From Octopus sinensis (taxonomy: Eukaryota), in NCBI RefSeq assembly GCF_006345805.1, contig NC_042999.1, forward strand, positions 65,720,001 to 65,784,000: 64,000 nt of DNA, given 5' to 3'. The stretch's first letter is position 1. Each line of letters opens with the position of its first letter. This document shows, piece after piece, positions 23,758-37,937 of the stretch. The position numbers and the translations under genes are program-made. The notes under the pieces were generated by a model. The model saw only the letters and a list, made by a program, of their open reading frames with translations. It was not told the origin of the DNA and made no database searches.

Positions 23758-24915
23758 GGGACAGGAATGGCTGTGCTAAGGAGCTTGCTTCCCAACTGCA
23801 TGGTTCAGGGTTCAGTCCCACTGCGTGGCATCTCACCGTGGACAGCTGTCTTCTTCTATAGCCTCGGGTCGACTAAATCCTTGGAGCGGATTTGATAGAC
23901 AGAAGCTGAAAGAAGCTCGTCGACTCGCGCCATTTCCGCTCTACCAGTCTGTGTTTGGATTGTCTTTGCACAGGAGCCAACCGGACTTCCGCCTTCACCG
24001 TGAGCAGGATTTAATCTTCATTCTTCGCTCCTTTACGTCATATGGGATCAATTCCCCTCCACTCTTGATCTGACTCCCCAGCTCTCCTCTCTTCATCTGA
24101 TATTTACATTCTCTCTTAATTCCTACCCACCTCTCTTTTCGCTCTGACACCTACTTCGTCTCTTCACTCCTACCCACATTCTCTCTTTATTGATACCCCC
24201 TCCACCTACACCCCATCCCAAACCTCGACCCCACACCACATCCCCCAACTTCACGCCCAGACTGCACCGCACCTCAGTCCCATCCCACACCCCACATCAC
24301 ACGAGCTCTGACCATTTCCCAGCATTCACACTACACACCCACACGCCATCATCCACACACACTTTCACCCACACATCCACACATTACAGACGCACACGTT
24401 CACATGTCAACGTCATTAGCCCTTCTCTACAGACACACTTTCCCAAATACAGCCCCCTCGTTTTAGGATCAACAATAATTTATTATCTCCCCTTCTTCCT
24501 ACCTCTCCTGTCAAACCATTTTCCCGACCAGCCGCCATGCTTGTCACTTGATTCACAATCTTTTTAATTATCTCTGTTTATTTTCTCTTATTCCTTTATG
24601 TTGAAGAGTGTAGGCTTGAAACGTAAAAGACTCACTTCCCGAGCATCAAACTATTACATCTGCTTGTTATTTATACACTTGTCTTCGTCTTTTGTTTTTC
24701 TGTAAATTTTACTATATATATATAAATTTGTGTGCCTGTGTTTGTCCACAACAATCGCTTGCCAACCGATGCTCGTGTATTTACGTCCCTGAAAGTTAGC
24801 GGGTCGGCAAAAGTTATCGATAGAATACGTACTAGGCTTACAAGCAATAAGTCCAAGGGGCGATTTGTTTGAGTAAAGGCGGTGCATTCAAACAACTGAA
24901 ACAAGTAACAGAATA
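23758..24915 (+). mobile_element. SINE B split by a PLE insertion (5' part 23758-23922, 3' part ~24725-24915)
   Basis: Both parts align with the intact copy at 46389-46870. Confidence 0.75.
23923..24712 (+). mobile_element. 3' fragment of a second PLE family (GIY-YIG C-terminus, pyrimidine-rich 3' UTR, hammerhead-like motif), nested in a SINE
   Basis: Translation VFGLSLHRSQPDFRLHREQDLIFILRSFTSYGINSPPLLI* fits the R..E..LI..L.....G.N end of PLE GIY-YIG domains. Ends at (TA)n. Confidence 0.7.
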
Positions 24916-25772
24916 AAAGAGTATGAAATACAAGAAGGAAAATGCACACACTTCACATAGTTTTTATATTTTTATAAATATATTTAATATTGTTTGTCGA
25001 CCGGTTTCGCTTTCTCTAATCATGACATTAAAATTATTGTCCTTCGTATTTTCTTAAGATTTTAGTTCATGTTGTGTGTGGAAAAGTTTGTGAATGAATG
25101 ATTCAATAAGTAGAAGAATCTAAGGGGGTGGTAACTGGTGATAGGGGAGATAATTGTTCATCTCTCGGGGAGGGGGAAATAAACAGAAAACTCAAACGCT
25201 AAGGTAAAGAGAAGAAATATGTACAGTATCTGTCTGATAGATTCTTTTGCGGTAACACCTAGAGAGATATTCATATAATATCCAACCAAACTTCAGTTAT
25301 CCCCCTCTACCATTGCAAAGAAAATATCTCTATACAACAAAGTGTAAATAAAGAAAAGTTATTCATCGAAAAATACAGAATACGTCTAACTATTAACGCA
25401 TAACCAACTTTAATGTCAGTATATATTTTAATTCATGATCACATATGTGTCACTCTACACAATTCTTCTCAATAGTTAAGCGTTTGAGTTTTTGTGTATC
25501 TTCATCTCCTCGAAATATGAACAATAACCTCCCCTATCCACAATAATAACGATCAGCGATTATCTCCCTTTAGAATTTTCTACTTGTTCACTCATTCATT
25601 CATAAACTTCTCCACACACAACATAGACTAAAACCTAAAATACGAAATGATCATTTTAATGTTATGATTATCGAAAGTGAAACGAGTCGACAAACAATAT
25701 GAAATATATTGAAACTATGTGGTGTCCATTTTCCTTTTTTTATTATATGTGTGTGTGTGTGTGTGTGTACAA

Positions 25773-25805
<33 letters not shown>

Positions 25806-28124
25806 TGTATGTATGTATGTATGTATGTGTGTGTGTATGTATGTGTGTGTGTATGTATGTGTGTGTGTATGTATGTGTGTGTGTATGTATGTGTGTGTGT
25901 ATGTGAGAAGGCGAAAGTCTTAGTGGTTAGAGTATTGCACTGAGGATCTCTAAGATCGTAGGTTCAATTCCCAGACTGTGTGTCACGTTGTGTTCTTGTG
26001 TAAACCACATCTCTTCACGTTTCTCCAGTTCACTCAGTGGTAAATGGGTGACTCTGCGATAGAATAGCTTTCCAATCAGGGAAAATATTGGCCTGCTTTA
26101 CTAACTAAAATGGTGACATCATTCGAAAGTAAAAACAATGAGAAACGCTTTTGTAAACAGCGATGTATAACAATCGCTTAACAACAGTTGTTGGCTCGTT
26201 TACGTTTCCGCGTTAAAATATAAGTATTGAGATTGATTCGTTTAATAAATTCCAAGGTTGTACCCCACTATGTCTGCAGTGTAATGACTGAAACAAGTAA
26301 AAAATCTATATGTAATATAGATAGCAGTAGCTTACACATATTTCCTGCCTACCAAATTCATTCGCACCTTATTGGTGGATCCGATGGTAATAATTTCAGG
26401 TGCCGTGAAGAGAGACTGAAATCGAAACCACGTGTTTGAGAAGCAAACTTTTTAACCACAAAGAGATGTCAACGCCTATATTACTTAAATCTAATCAACT
26501 TAATCATAAGATCTTTTTTAAAATAAATCTTACTACAGTCGAGACGAAGGTGCGGAAGAAATGAATCGGAGAAGAGTGGAATAAATAGGACATATTTTTT
26601 TTTGTACAGACGATTTGTATATAATTAAGATAATTGAAGACTACATAAGAAGACTTAAGTTTATAACATATAATATTATAAAAAAGTCATATTTTAAAGA
26701 CGTAAGATCTATAATTATTTATGGTAAGACTATAATCAAACACTTCGTTCATAAATAGACCTAAATTTCAGAAACATATTTTACGTAGCAATATAGCCAC
26801 GCCTAACCCTCTTTGCGTAGCATACATACACAAAGATCAAATTACAATTAGTACTATAAAGAAACTAAGCAAAGTAACTAAAACAAAGTCATATGTATGT
26901 TTTTGTGCTGCTGCCTCCCTTCACCGTTTGACAACCTGTGTTAGTGCCTCCTTCTTGACAACCTGTGTTTGATTATAACATTACTACTTACTCGTTTTTA
27001 CGTAATATTCCTAAACGTAATGCAATTACTAGTTTCATAATGTAATCTACGCGGTTGCCAAAAGAAAACGATAGAATAACTATAAGACATAAAAATTAAG
27101 TACTGTTTGACTAAACTTTTCTACGCCATGTTACATTTTGGCTGCAGTCCAATGACTGAAACACCTAACAATTAAAATAATGGTATCTTTGTTTTTAATC
27201 AAATTTAGTCGGATCTCAATTTGCATAGTGACATTCCATTTTATGTAGAATAAAGTAGGTGTCACGATTTTTTTCCATCTCATCTCTAATTAGGTTTCCG
27301 TGTTTATCGACATTTTAAATATTATAATTTCACTTTTGAACATCTATTGTTATGTCGCATAGAATAATTTTCTGTAATAGCAGAAATATTATTTGTTTAA
27401 ACTAATCAACTATCGAATTCGTTTGTTTACTTGGACAACAGAACCATTCGATTTGTCGACTTTCATAAACAGTTTAAAAATGTGTTTAGACATATTTAAG
27501 ACATAGTAATCTTGTCTACAACTACACTCGACACATATTCTCTTCTTCCCTACTTATTTTTCACGTCTAATTTTGTTCTTCAATATATCTTCAATTATTT
27601 TTCGTCTCCAACTACGTCATCTTATTTACTATGTTACACCATTCGTTAAATGATAGTATTTTGACTTTTCTGCTGCGATATTACATACATTTACTAAATA
27701 TTTCTGATGAGCTCTTATGTAGAGATTGGAGTTAGCAGATTGCAAAATATTTTCTGTCTACTTCTGACAAAAAGGCTAGAAATTATTGGGGAGCGTGGCT
27801 AGTCCATTACATTGAATTCGATGTTCAACTTGTACTTATTTGGTTCATAACCAAATTTATGAAAGGCAAACTCGACCTACGTATTATTTGAGCTCAGAAA
27901 AAGGCACATGCAGGGAATAAGTAAACCATGAGAGACTGTAAGATATGAACTTTTCACGTACGATTCATAAAAGTAATGCGATTATCAGTTTCATAATTCT
28001 CAGTACATAATGAAGATTTATTGTCAACATCGTCATGAGAAATCCGGCAAAACGAACAAAAATACTCAGAGTTAAATACTTAACAGTGACCTAATTTAAG
28101 ATTTAAAATGCATTTCACAAATAT

Positions 28125-28926
28125 ATATTTATTGTTAGGAAAAAGTTCCTGGACTAGTTACGCTTAATAAAAAATAACTTATTTTCTTAAATTTTAACAT
28201 CAATTCTTAGGTAATAGTCACCTTGCACAGCAATACACAAGTCTCAGCGTTCCTGCTACTTTTAAACTCCGGCCTGGAATTCGTTTTGCAGAAGCAAATC
28301 GTAGACATTCTGCGATTCATTCTAGATCTCGACAACGGTGTTAAAACGTCGACCTTTGAGCTACACTTTCAGATTGAGGAAGAGATGGAGGTCCGTAAGT
28401 GCTAAATATGGCGGTGAGGAGAGTTCGGTGACATGGTACACTATCGTCGTAAAGAATCGAATTCTTCGCCCTCCTCATCAGCAAAGCTGTTGACAATCCC
28501 TAGACGTTCCTCATGCACAAGCTGCTGAATTTTCCCCCCATTTCCGGGGGTAACGCTCGTACCAGGTCTTCTAGGTCGCTTATCACCCTTCAGGGCTATC
28601 CACGCACGTTTGAAGCACGCATAACACTTGAAAATTACATATGACTCATTGCCTCCTCACCGTTAGCTTGCCAAATCATGCTCAATATCGCTGTAGCCGT
28701 CTTCCCAAGTTTAACGCAAAAATTCATGTTAGCTCTTTGTGCGAGCTTCTTGCTCATGACAAAACCACAGACTAAAGTATACACGCGATAAGGGAAAAGT
28801 ATAAGTTTTACAACTTGCGAAGTGAACACAGCAATGTCACTTGGCACACTGCCTCATAAAGATAACAGCTAGCTCTCCCTGTGCATGCAATCGTGTACGG
28901 CCATCTGTTGGCACACTACAGGACTC

Positions 28927-28928
<2 letters not shown>
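28125..28928 (-). mobile_element. Internally deleted mariner-like element
   Basis: N-terminal transposase fragment QRANMNFCVKLGKTATAILSMIWQANGEEAMS; one TIR-like end AAAAAGTTCCTGGACT. Confidence 0.65.
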
Positions 28929-28966
<38 letters not shown>

Positions 28967-28969
<3 letters not shown>

Positions 28970-29142
28970 AGAATTTACGAAAAAATAAAAGACGAAGACA
29001 AGTGGTGTACAAAACAAAGAGATGTACTAATATAACGCTCAGGAATAGAAAAAGTCTTTTACATTTCGAGCCTACGCTCTTCTACAGAAAGGGATACAGA
29101 AAAAAATCAAGGAGAGAAAAAAATGTGTGTAGTGGCTAACGA
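28967..29142 (-). mobile_element. Short PLE 3'-end fragment with hammerhead-like motif (29056-29091)
   Basis: Minus strand CTTT-CTGTAGA-A-GAGC-GTAG-GCTC-GAAATGTA-AAAG; ends …ATTCTCCC|(TA)n. Confidence 0.6.
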
Positions 29143-31081
29143 CAGACAGACAGATGTTATACCCTTATTGAATGATTAAAATTTGATAGAATCGAATTTG
29201 ATAGAATGATTAAATTTGATAGATTCAACAGACAGATTCTAATTTCCTTTCTATGAACACCCATTTTTAAACTAAACAAATGTTCTGGTCCAGGCATTCC
29301 TGATAATAAAATGCAATGGAATCGCAAACATGAACAGTCATCCGGTATTTGAGCGCATTCTCATTCTATCAGTTCTTCAACTGTTGCCACTCTACTACCG
29401 TAAGCTCTCTCTGTTAAGTATCCTATGAAAAGTCGAGAAGTGTGAAGTCAGCTGAACGCGGAGGATATTCTACGAAACTACCCAGTCGAATTCACCTATT
29501 TGGCAAAACTTCATCAAGGTAATGGTAATAAAACACCATATGTTTAAAATCGTCATGAATGTACCGCATTAGAGTTTGTCGCAGTAAATGCAAATCAGTG
29601 GGACCTGTCACATTATCTACAAAGGATAACGATCAATTTAATCCTGGTAAGGATAAGCCGTCCCATAGAATAACTTCTCGTGAGTAAACATTATGTTCAT
29701 CCGTAATACATGGCCACTCATATCTCCAGCAGGTGTAATTGTGACGGTTGATCGAGCCATTAAATTTAAACGTTGCCTAATCACTCCAGGCAATATTTGT
29801 TGGAAAGTAAACTCTTCTATGGCTGTTGTGAAATATCACTCGTAAAGCGATACTAATCGGTCTGGATCGTCTTCAGTCTCGCAAAGTATCTTTCCAGGGA
29901 GAACGCTTCAAAAGGTAATGCATGCTTAATTTAGAAATTCCTATCCCAGGAGCCTCTTGATGCACAGGATTGTTTTGCGCTCATTTGTGTTCTTCGATAC
30001 CCATGGTCTTCCCGAACGGTTCTTTGTGTAAGCCCTGGGCACAGTTCTATCTACGTCAAGCTTATTTCTAATTCGAGAAATGGTAAGTCACATTAGTAAT
30101 CTGTGTGAAACACCGCCTCCCCTAAACCTCTTCTTTACAATTTTACTGCGTCTTGAAACTTCCCGTAGCACTTTGGCGTAAATCTCTTTTGTTTAAATCT
30201 TAGTCTAGTTCCCTTCATTATGTCTAATAGTTTAATTCTAAAAGCAAATAAAAGTTGAACTTATTTGCTTTTGATGTGTGTATACATTCTTGTGGACAAC
30301 CTGTATGCATGTGTATGTTAGTGCGACTAAGTGTACTTGTACGTGTGTGTATGTGTGCATACGTGTATTTGCTGTATGTTGTGCGCACGCTTTGCTTGTA
30401 TGATCACGCCAAACCATAATGCATATTTCAATAATTTCACAAAAATTGTTAAATTATATGAAATAGCATCGTTACAGCTAATGATTTCTATAATTCTATA
30501 TAGACAGAACAAGTATATACTTGAAAAAAAAAAAATACAGCGAATTTTTGCATTACTTCAGAAATTTTTTCTTAACGTATACTTTTTTTTCCCTTTCACT
30601 TCTTCCATCACAGATGCCCCATCAGCTTTCAGAATACAAATTCTCGTATTACGTATTTATTAATCTTGAGAGAACTGGAGTGTCTTAGAATATATCTAAT
30701 TATATACATCAGGTTAAGAACTATCTTCTAACACAGAACATCAGTCAGCTTTTCAAGAAAAAAAAAAATAGGTAACATAAAAGTTACTTCGATATTTTTA
30801 TATTGTCACATTTTTGGTTTTTCCAACTATATTACCGTCAGTATCATAAAACTTATGACTAGTGAACGGTAGAGACAATAAATAAGATGTGAGGTGTCAG
30901 TGTCTGTGGATCAATTTTATCTTCTATGTATATACGATCAAGCGCTAAGTCCCTCTGTCTATTCGTCTCTCTCTTTATACATTCATACACTTATATATGC
31001 ATGTATGTATATATATGCTTACATATATTTAGGTCCATATATGTATGTATTTGTACATATGCTTACATATATTTAGGTACA

Positions 31082-31136
<55 letters not shown>

Positions 31137-31307
31137 TAAAACGAAGTAATGGTGCCAAGCAGTGTTTGCGTATATTCCCAATTTAGGTTAGTTGAAATAT
31201 GTTTGTCACATACTTCAGTTGCTAAAGGTAACTCCACGGTAACGGTAGTGTCTTTGGCCTTTAGCATTTGAAGTATGTGACAAACATACTTCAATTAACC
31301 AAAATTG

Positions 31308-31382
<75 letters not shown>

Positions 31383-31384
<2 letters not shown>

Positions 31385-32220
31385 CGTTGGGTAACCAAAA
31401 GAAACCGGAATTTAGCAATGTTGTTGTATTCACTTAGTTTTACATGTTTACACTTATCGCCTTAAAAGGGTTCTACATTTGAAGAAATGCATCGGTCCAG
31501 GCGCGTTTTTCACTATTCGAAGCAGTGCTGGAACTCTTGCGAAGTGATAACTTCTAATGCCTCCCTCATTTTCTTCACTTCTTCCACGTCTGCAAATTCT
31601 GTAGCTTTCGAAAGAGGTGTGGATTATCATCCAACTATTCTTTCAGTTCACATCACGCATTCTGTCGTGAATGCTTTTGATCTTCCGTAAGCAAGCGAGG
31701 CACAAATTTTTCTGCAATTCGCTTCATTCACAATTCCTCGTTCAAAATTGGTTGGCAGCAGATCCAGGAGACACAATCATATCAACAAGTTCGTCAATTA
31801 TTCAGTGACGGTGCTCTAAGATCAGTTCATGAATTTTCATGATGTTTCCAGCTCGATGGTTACCTGAATGAGGTTGGTCTTCAAGCGACAAGTGACCATT
31901 TTTAAAACGTGAAAACCACTCGCAAACTTGTGTTTCGCTCATGACAGGTTCTTTGAAGTTGTTTGAACCATGACTGCTGTTTCGGCTGCCATTTCACCCC
32001 GCATAGAACAGAATTTCACAGAAGTACACTGTTCCTTTGTTTCAGCCATCGTAGAAATCGCTGAACAGGGGAGAAACATTGCACAATAAAGAAGCACCAC
32101 GTGACCGTAGATGACGGCTCCGGGCGGCAGATTAATGCCTAAGGGCTGCTTCAAGTAGTTTCTAGCGGTCGAAGCCCGAACTACAGAAAACATTTCCGGT
32201 TACTTTTATGTACTCCCTCC
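31383..32220 (-). mobile_element. Internally deleted mariner-like element
   Basis: TIR-like ends GGGTAACCAAAAGAAACCGGAA / GGAGTACATAAAAGTAACCGGAA; fragment EQCTSVKFCSMRGEMAAETAVMVQT. Confidence 0.65.
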
Positions 32221-32227
32221 TACATAC

Positions 32228-32278
<51 letters not shown>

Positions 32279-32286
32279 TACACATA

Positions 32287-32441
32287 TCGCTAGCCACTGT
32301 GCATTCTTTATTTTCTGTCCTTGTTTCTTTCTGCGTTCCTTTTGTGGAAGAGCGTAGGCTCTTCCCCGAGCGTTAAACTAATACATCTGTTTGTTTGTCT
32401 ACACCACCTGTTTCCGTCTTTTGTTTCTTTTTGTGAATTCT

Positions 32442-32444
<3 letters not shown>
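32287..32444 (+). mobile_element. Short PLE 3'-end fragment with rearranged hammerhead-like motif
   Basis: Same family as 28967-29142; GGAAGAGC-GTAG-GCTCTTCC replaces the GAAACG segment; ends …ATTCTCCC|(TA)n. Confidence 0.55.
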
Positions 32445-32525
<81 letters not shown>

Positions 32526-32802
32526 ATACTTTCTCGAGTCATTTGTTCGGTTTCTACCTGGAGGGACGCCCGATTAGTCATTTTCAGGCAGCTGTGTGGA
32601 ATTTAGCAACGCTAAATGAGGAGTTTTGCTCAAGAACATAACGCGTCGCCCCCTCTAGGAATCGAAACCACAATCTTTCGATCATGACATCACTATGTCA
32701 TGTGTGTGCGTCTGCGCACACACATACACACACACACATACACACACACACATATGTACACGCACACATACACACATAACTATATATACACACACATATA
32801 TA

Positions 32803-33406
32803 CAGGGTGCGGTGAATATATTATTTAAATTACGCAAAAAATATGTAAAAATATCTTGTAATACTGAAGAGTAAATTTATTCAATGAAATCGCCATTAGC
32901 TTCAACCACGGTCTGTAGAGAACTTCGGAATCTCCTGCAACTCTCCTGGACCGTGTCCTTGTTTACGTTGGTGAATATAACCATAATCCTTGCCTTCGGT
33001 TCATCCTTGGGGTTACTAGGAGTGTTCTTGGTCTCTCGCTCAACTGCTCCCCGCACATAATAATCAATAATTGAGTCTGAAGCAGTGTGGGAAGATGAAT
33101 GGAGGCATAACGTCACCATCACTAGTTATCACTCCAAACACCATGATGATCACTGTATGTTGTCTTCAAATTGTCACCGAACCACTCCGAAATGTTCGCA
33201 CTGGAGCTTCCGGTGAGAATGGCAAGCAGTACAGCATGACGTTTATAAATTTTTGGCCCAGTAAAATGCATCATGGTGACAATTTTCACATAGACGGTGC
33301 CCAACTGACCCTACTATACTGTGTAATCGACAAAATCAAAGACAAACAATGCGCACGCGAACACTAAAAATATAAAATGGCGGCAATTTACCCATCGCAC
33401 CCTCTG
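32803..33406 (-). mobile_element. Non-autonomous Tc1/mariner derivative, maT/DD37D-like
   Basis: TA-flanked CAGGGTGCG… / CAGAGGGTGCG… termini; C-terminal fragment IDYYVRGAVERETKNTP…CRRFRSSLQTVVEANGDFIE. Confidence 0.7.
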
Positions 33407-34699
33407 TATATGTGTATATAATGTGTATAGTATATCTATATATACATATATATTTATACATACACACACACACACAGATATTCTTGCATGAATATATTTG
33501 CACGTTTTACCTTAATATGCGATTGTATATGAATTCATACCCTCTCTTTGTGTTCTTGCTCATAGAACGACATATAAACATGTGCGCGTATGCTTATTTC
33601 TGGAAATTCAAATGGAGAATCTATAGAACGTCCTAATATTCTGCTCTAGAAATGGAATGTATTTGAAAGATAACATATAGTTTCCTTTCTTCCACACTCA
33701 TTGCATTTACAAGCATTTATGCAAATCTCTTTTCACATAACCCCGATTTTCTGTGATATGTACGAATGCATCTGCAGCTTTCATGCAAGAGCTGTAATTT
33801 TTGCATTAGTCCAACATTGATCGTATTTTTCGCTACAGTAAATGCTACATGTATATTGACTCTGCAAATGCAGCTACAATAGTACATGACTTTTCCACCA
33901 CACCACGTAAAACAGTATTCGGTCATTTATATATACAGCAAATTGCCGCATTTTTATTGGAATATCCCCCATCAGTATTTCTTATGTTTTTGATGGGGTG
34001 AATATATTTTGGTTCCTGATAACAATTTCCTCAGTTGCCTACGAAATAAAAACAGTTTTCCTTAGCAAACTCCGTTATCATGTGTCACTGTGCTGTAAAT
34101 ACCACCTGAATAAAATTCAGGTTATAGATAAAGCAATAAAATGCGGCCGGTCTTATTTTTTCTCTCCTCCGAAAACATTAACCTGCAGCCTTGATATTTC
34201 AATATGTATGTGAGCAGCGTTTCAACTAAGCTGTCTTCCTTGAATTTTCCCGCCTTTTACCTACTCGTATGTATTTATCTTTTTATTACATTGCATCTAA
34301 AGATGGTATTTAGTTGTCGAAGTGGTTTCGTTCTCTGTCGATGATTTTCGACATTATGTAATACATTTAGGTTGTGTGTTGTATTTTACACTGATTCCTG
34401 TTTCTTCAAAGTGTGAATAATGACTTGATGCTTATCGCAGTAGGATATATGGTGCCCTAAAGTTTGTGTTGAATATTCTGTATCAATTACGTCAATCACA
34501 AATAACATCAAGTCCGACAATAAGTTTCTCACGACAAATGTTTTAATCCCTTTTTTCACTCATTGTCTTGTAAGTGAAATCTGAAACCCCCGGTAAATCT
34601 TGCTGCGATCTGTGTTTTGAGGGTTTTTTTTTATCATTCAGGGATGTTTTTCAAGAAAGGTTGTTCATGTAAGAACAGCAATCACAGTTGTCGGTTATA

Positions 34700-35110
34700 T
34701 TTTGGGTAATCTCCGAAAGATTGCAAAGACAAGCGACCGAAATGGGATTTTTCTGAAAGATTACTGGACAAATGTTTCTAGTCAAGGACCATAACATAGA
34801 GAACAGAGAGTCTCTCCATGATGAGCTGCTACTTTTCCACCTTTCGAGATCACAGCTCCAGTTATAAGGACATGTAATAAAAATGTAGGAAAGAATCACA
34901 AGACAGATTCTTCAAGCTGTGCCAACCAGCAGAAAACCTACGAGAAGAACAAAAATGAGTTGACTGGTTAATATTCTTAGTCACAATTGATCACCCTTGA
35001 GAATCCAGCTGAAAAATATTATAGCGAGTTCAGGGCCCTATGGAGGAGATGCCTGAGGAAGCTATCCCCACGACTGTCAAAGGGCTACTGGGTGAAGAAA
35101 ATTGATGGAC
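34700..35110 (+). mobile_element. Highly degenerate R4-like RT fragment
   Basis: KGYWVKK motif, resembling GYWLKK at 42960. Confidence 0.35.
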
Positions 35111-36217
35111 ATTTTTTTCATCAATTTTCACGAAAATATAATCTTCTGGCGATTTCATACTGTACTCTTCCACATATTTCTAATGACTGATTTTGCTATG
35201 CAATGCTGTACATCCTCAACGAATGTATGTTGAGGGCACAACACCTTCGTACACGGTATAATTTTTCGAGATATCTTTCATAACTTTTTACAGAATGAGC
35301 TGGTTCAGTTCCAATATAAGTTGGAATTTCGTCACTTAATTTTGCTACCAACCACAGTTGATCAAAGGTCTCATATTTCGCAATACGACATGTAGTAGCA
35401 AACCTCGTCTTATTTACCAATTCGAGTTTTGATGCTGGAACGCTGCTTTCAAGGCGTTTCTTTGCAGTGTTTCAAAGAGGATGACTAGTTTAGGTTTACA
35501 AGGCTTTGAGTATAGATAGATTCAACGAGATTGATATTACGCACATCAATGCAAAATTGTGTGGGAATCTTTATGAAAGTATATATGTTAAATACTCTAA
35601 ACATTTGCCAACGTGTAGTGCCAAAGGATGTGTCGTGTCCTCTACGGATTACCGTATCAATTTGCGCTTCTATGTGATATCAGCTAGAAAGCACTCACGT
35701 AAATATATGGGGAAAGAAAACAAAATAGACAAACAGGAAATGGCACTGCCTGACATTTCGGAGGTACCCGGTTTCCAGAATAAGTAAAAGACGAGAAAAA
35801 AACATAACGACTTCCATTCTCGATAAGGTACTAACGAAGTGACCGCTGGATACACAAAAAATTACATCATACACTTCAAATTACATCATACCATCTGAAA
35901 AATGATGTCTAGCGTAATGTTGCCCTCACAATGCTACACTTGAAATAATGACGGTATTATAATGAATGTAATACAGTCGGTTTTTGACAAACAAGCCCAT
36001 ACTTGTCTGAAAATATATTTCATATAAGCAATAAAACCTCGAAGTATATTTCATGAAGTAGCCGGTGCCCGGCCGGCATTAGATGTCTGAAGCTGTCATG
36101 ACTGTACACACAAGCATACACACACACATATGTATATAAAATATAATCACACACACACACACACACATGTATGTATGTATGTATGTATGTATGTATGTAT
36201 GTATGTATGTATGTATG

Positions 36218-36261
<44 letters not shown>

Positions 36262-36605
36262 TATTCATACATGATATGTGCGTGTGTGTTCATCTATAAA
36301 TTGTCTTGCTGTCTTTTAATTGTGTCAATCCGCTGCCATACTGGGCACTAGCTTGAATGATTAAGGAGAGCAGATCAAAAGTAATGCTTTCGTATTTCAA
36401 GTCTGGCATTCATTCTATCGTCTATATTTGGATTAATTGGTGAGAAACGAGCACAGACATAAAAGCTAACACACACACACACGCAACTCCACTCATACAT
36501 GTGCAAAGAGAGAAAGAGAGAGAGAGAGAAGGGAGGGCGGGAAGAAGGAAAGACAGAAAGCGTGAGATATAGCGAAAGGCAGAGGTAGACACCCATATAT
36601 ATATA

Positions 36606-36829
36606 TGGCGAGCTGGCAGAATCATTAGCACACCGGGCCGAATGCCAAGCGGTATTTCGTCAGCCGCTACGTTCTGAGTTTAAATTCCGCCAAGGTCGAC
36701 TTTGCTTTTCATCCTTTCGGGGTTGATAAATTAAGTACCAGTTACGCACTGTGGTCGATTTAATCGAATTAATACCGTTGCCTGTCCTTGTTTTCCCCCT
36801 CTATGTTTAGCCCCTTGTGGGTAATAAAC

Positions 36830-36832
<3 letters not shown>
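36606..36832 (+). mobile_element. SINE family A
   Basis: Full-length match to 1326-1556. Confidence 0.85.
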
Positions 36833-36874
<42 letters not shown>

Positions 36875-37054
36875 AAGTCTATGACCAACTTGGCCAAGCG
36901 TTGATATCGGCTGGGTGAGCATTGTTGCCGGAGAAGTCAGCATTGCCCAATGAAGAAGAGGAAGAGTCCATCAGTCATGTTGCCATGGTTTGATAATATG
37001 TCCGGCCAAAACTTCCGGATGTCGACTTGTTCTTCTTTCTAATTCTATAAAATT

Positions 37055-37320
37055 TCGCTATAGACAACATTGCGTGTTCTGCCCTGAGGAGCATACACAA
37101 AAAGAGCGTTTCTACTCCCCACACGGGAGCAGGCCACATAAAGTTGCCCTTGTAAAAAGCACGGCTCCCCCAAATGCATGCAACGCCACCGATAGTGTTT
37201 GGCCTTGGGATTTGTTGGACATGGCGAAGCGTAGCCTCACCGGGAACTGCGATCTGCGGAAGTTAAATGGTATATCTGACATCGAGGGATAAAGGTGCAT
37301 CCTTGATATTGAAAACAACT
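37055..37320 (-). mobile_element. Helitron PIF1-type helicase C-terminal fragment
   Basis: [27 protein letters not shown] and, in another frame, YAPQGRTRNVVYSEIL*. Confidence 0.85.
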
Positions 37321-37443
37321 GATGAAGGGTCGTTCTTTATGTCACTTGTCTTCTTTTCCGTTTGTTTCTCCCGTTGTTCGCATATCCAAGTTTGCCTTCG
37401 TATACCATGTTTACGTTTTATCACGTCTTGTACCCATATATAT

Positions 37444-37474
<31 letters not shown>

Positions 37475-37646
37475 GTCTATATATATATGTGTGTGTGTGC
37501 GTGTGTATATATATACTGCATGTATATATATGTATATATATATATATATGTGCATATATATATATGTGCTTATATATATATATACGTGCATATATATATA
37601 TGTGCATATATATATATATATGCATATATATATATATGTGTGTGTA

Positions 37647-37682
<36 letters not shown>

Positions 37683-37749
37683 CATATTTGTATACAACTG
37701 CGCTACCTGTTACTGGGGCAATATTCTTTTCTGATCTAAGCACAAGACA

Positions 37750-37937
37750 CCAAATTTTGGGTGAGGCAGCCAGTCAATTAGATCGACCCCAGTACGCAGC
37801 TAGTACTTAATTTATCGACCCCGAAGAATGAAAGGCAAAGTCGACCTCGGCGGAATTTGAACTCAGAACGTAACGGCAGACGAACTACGGCTACGCATTT
37901 CGCCCGACGTGCTAACGTTTCTGCCAGCTCGCCGCCC
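37750..37937 (-). mobile_element. SINE family A
   Basis: Reverse-complement match to the family core. Confidence 0.85.

Noticed and set aside
29300-30150. Possible gypsy integrase relic (HGLPE-like)
   Set aside because: Only one short motif; no supportable frame.
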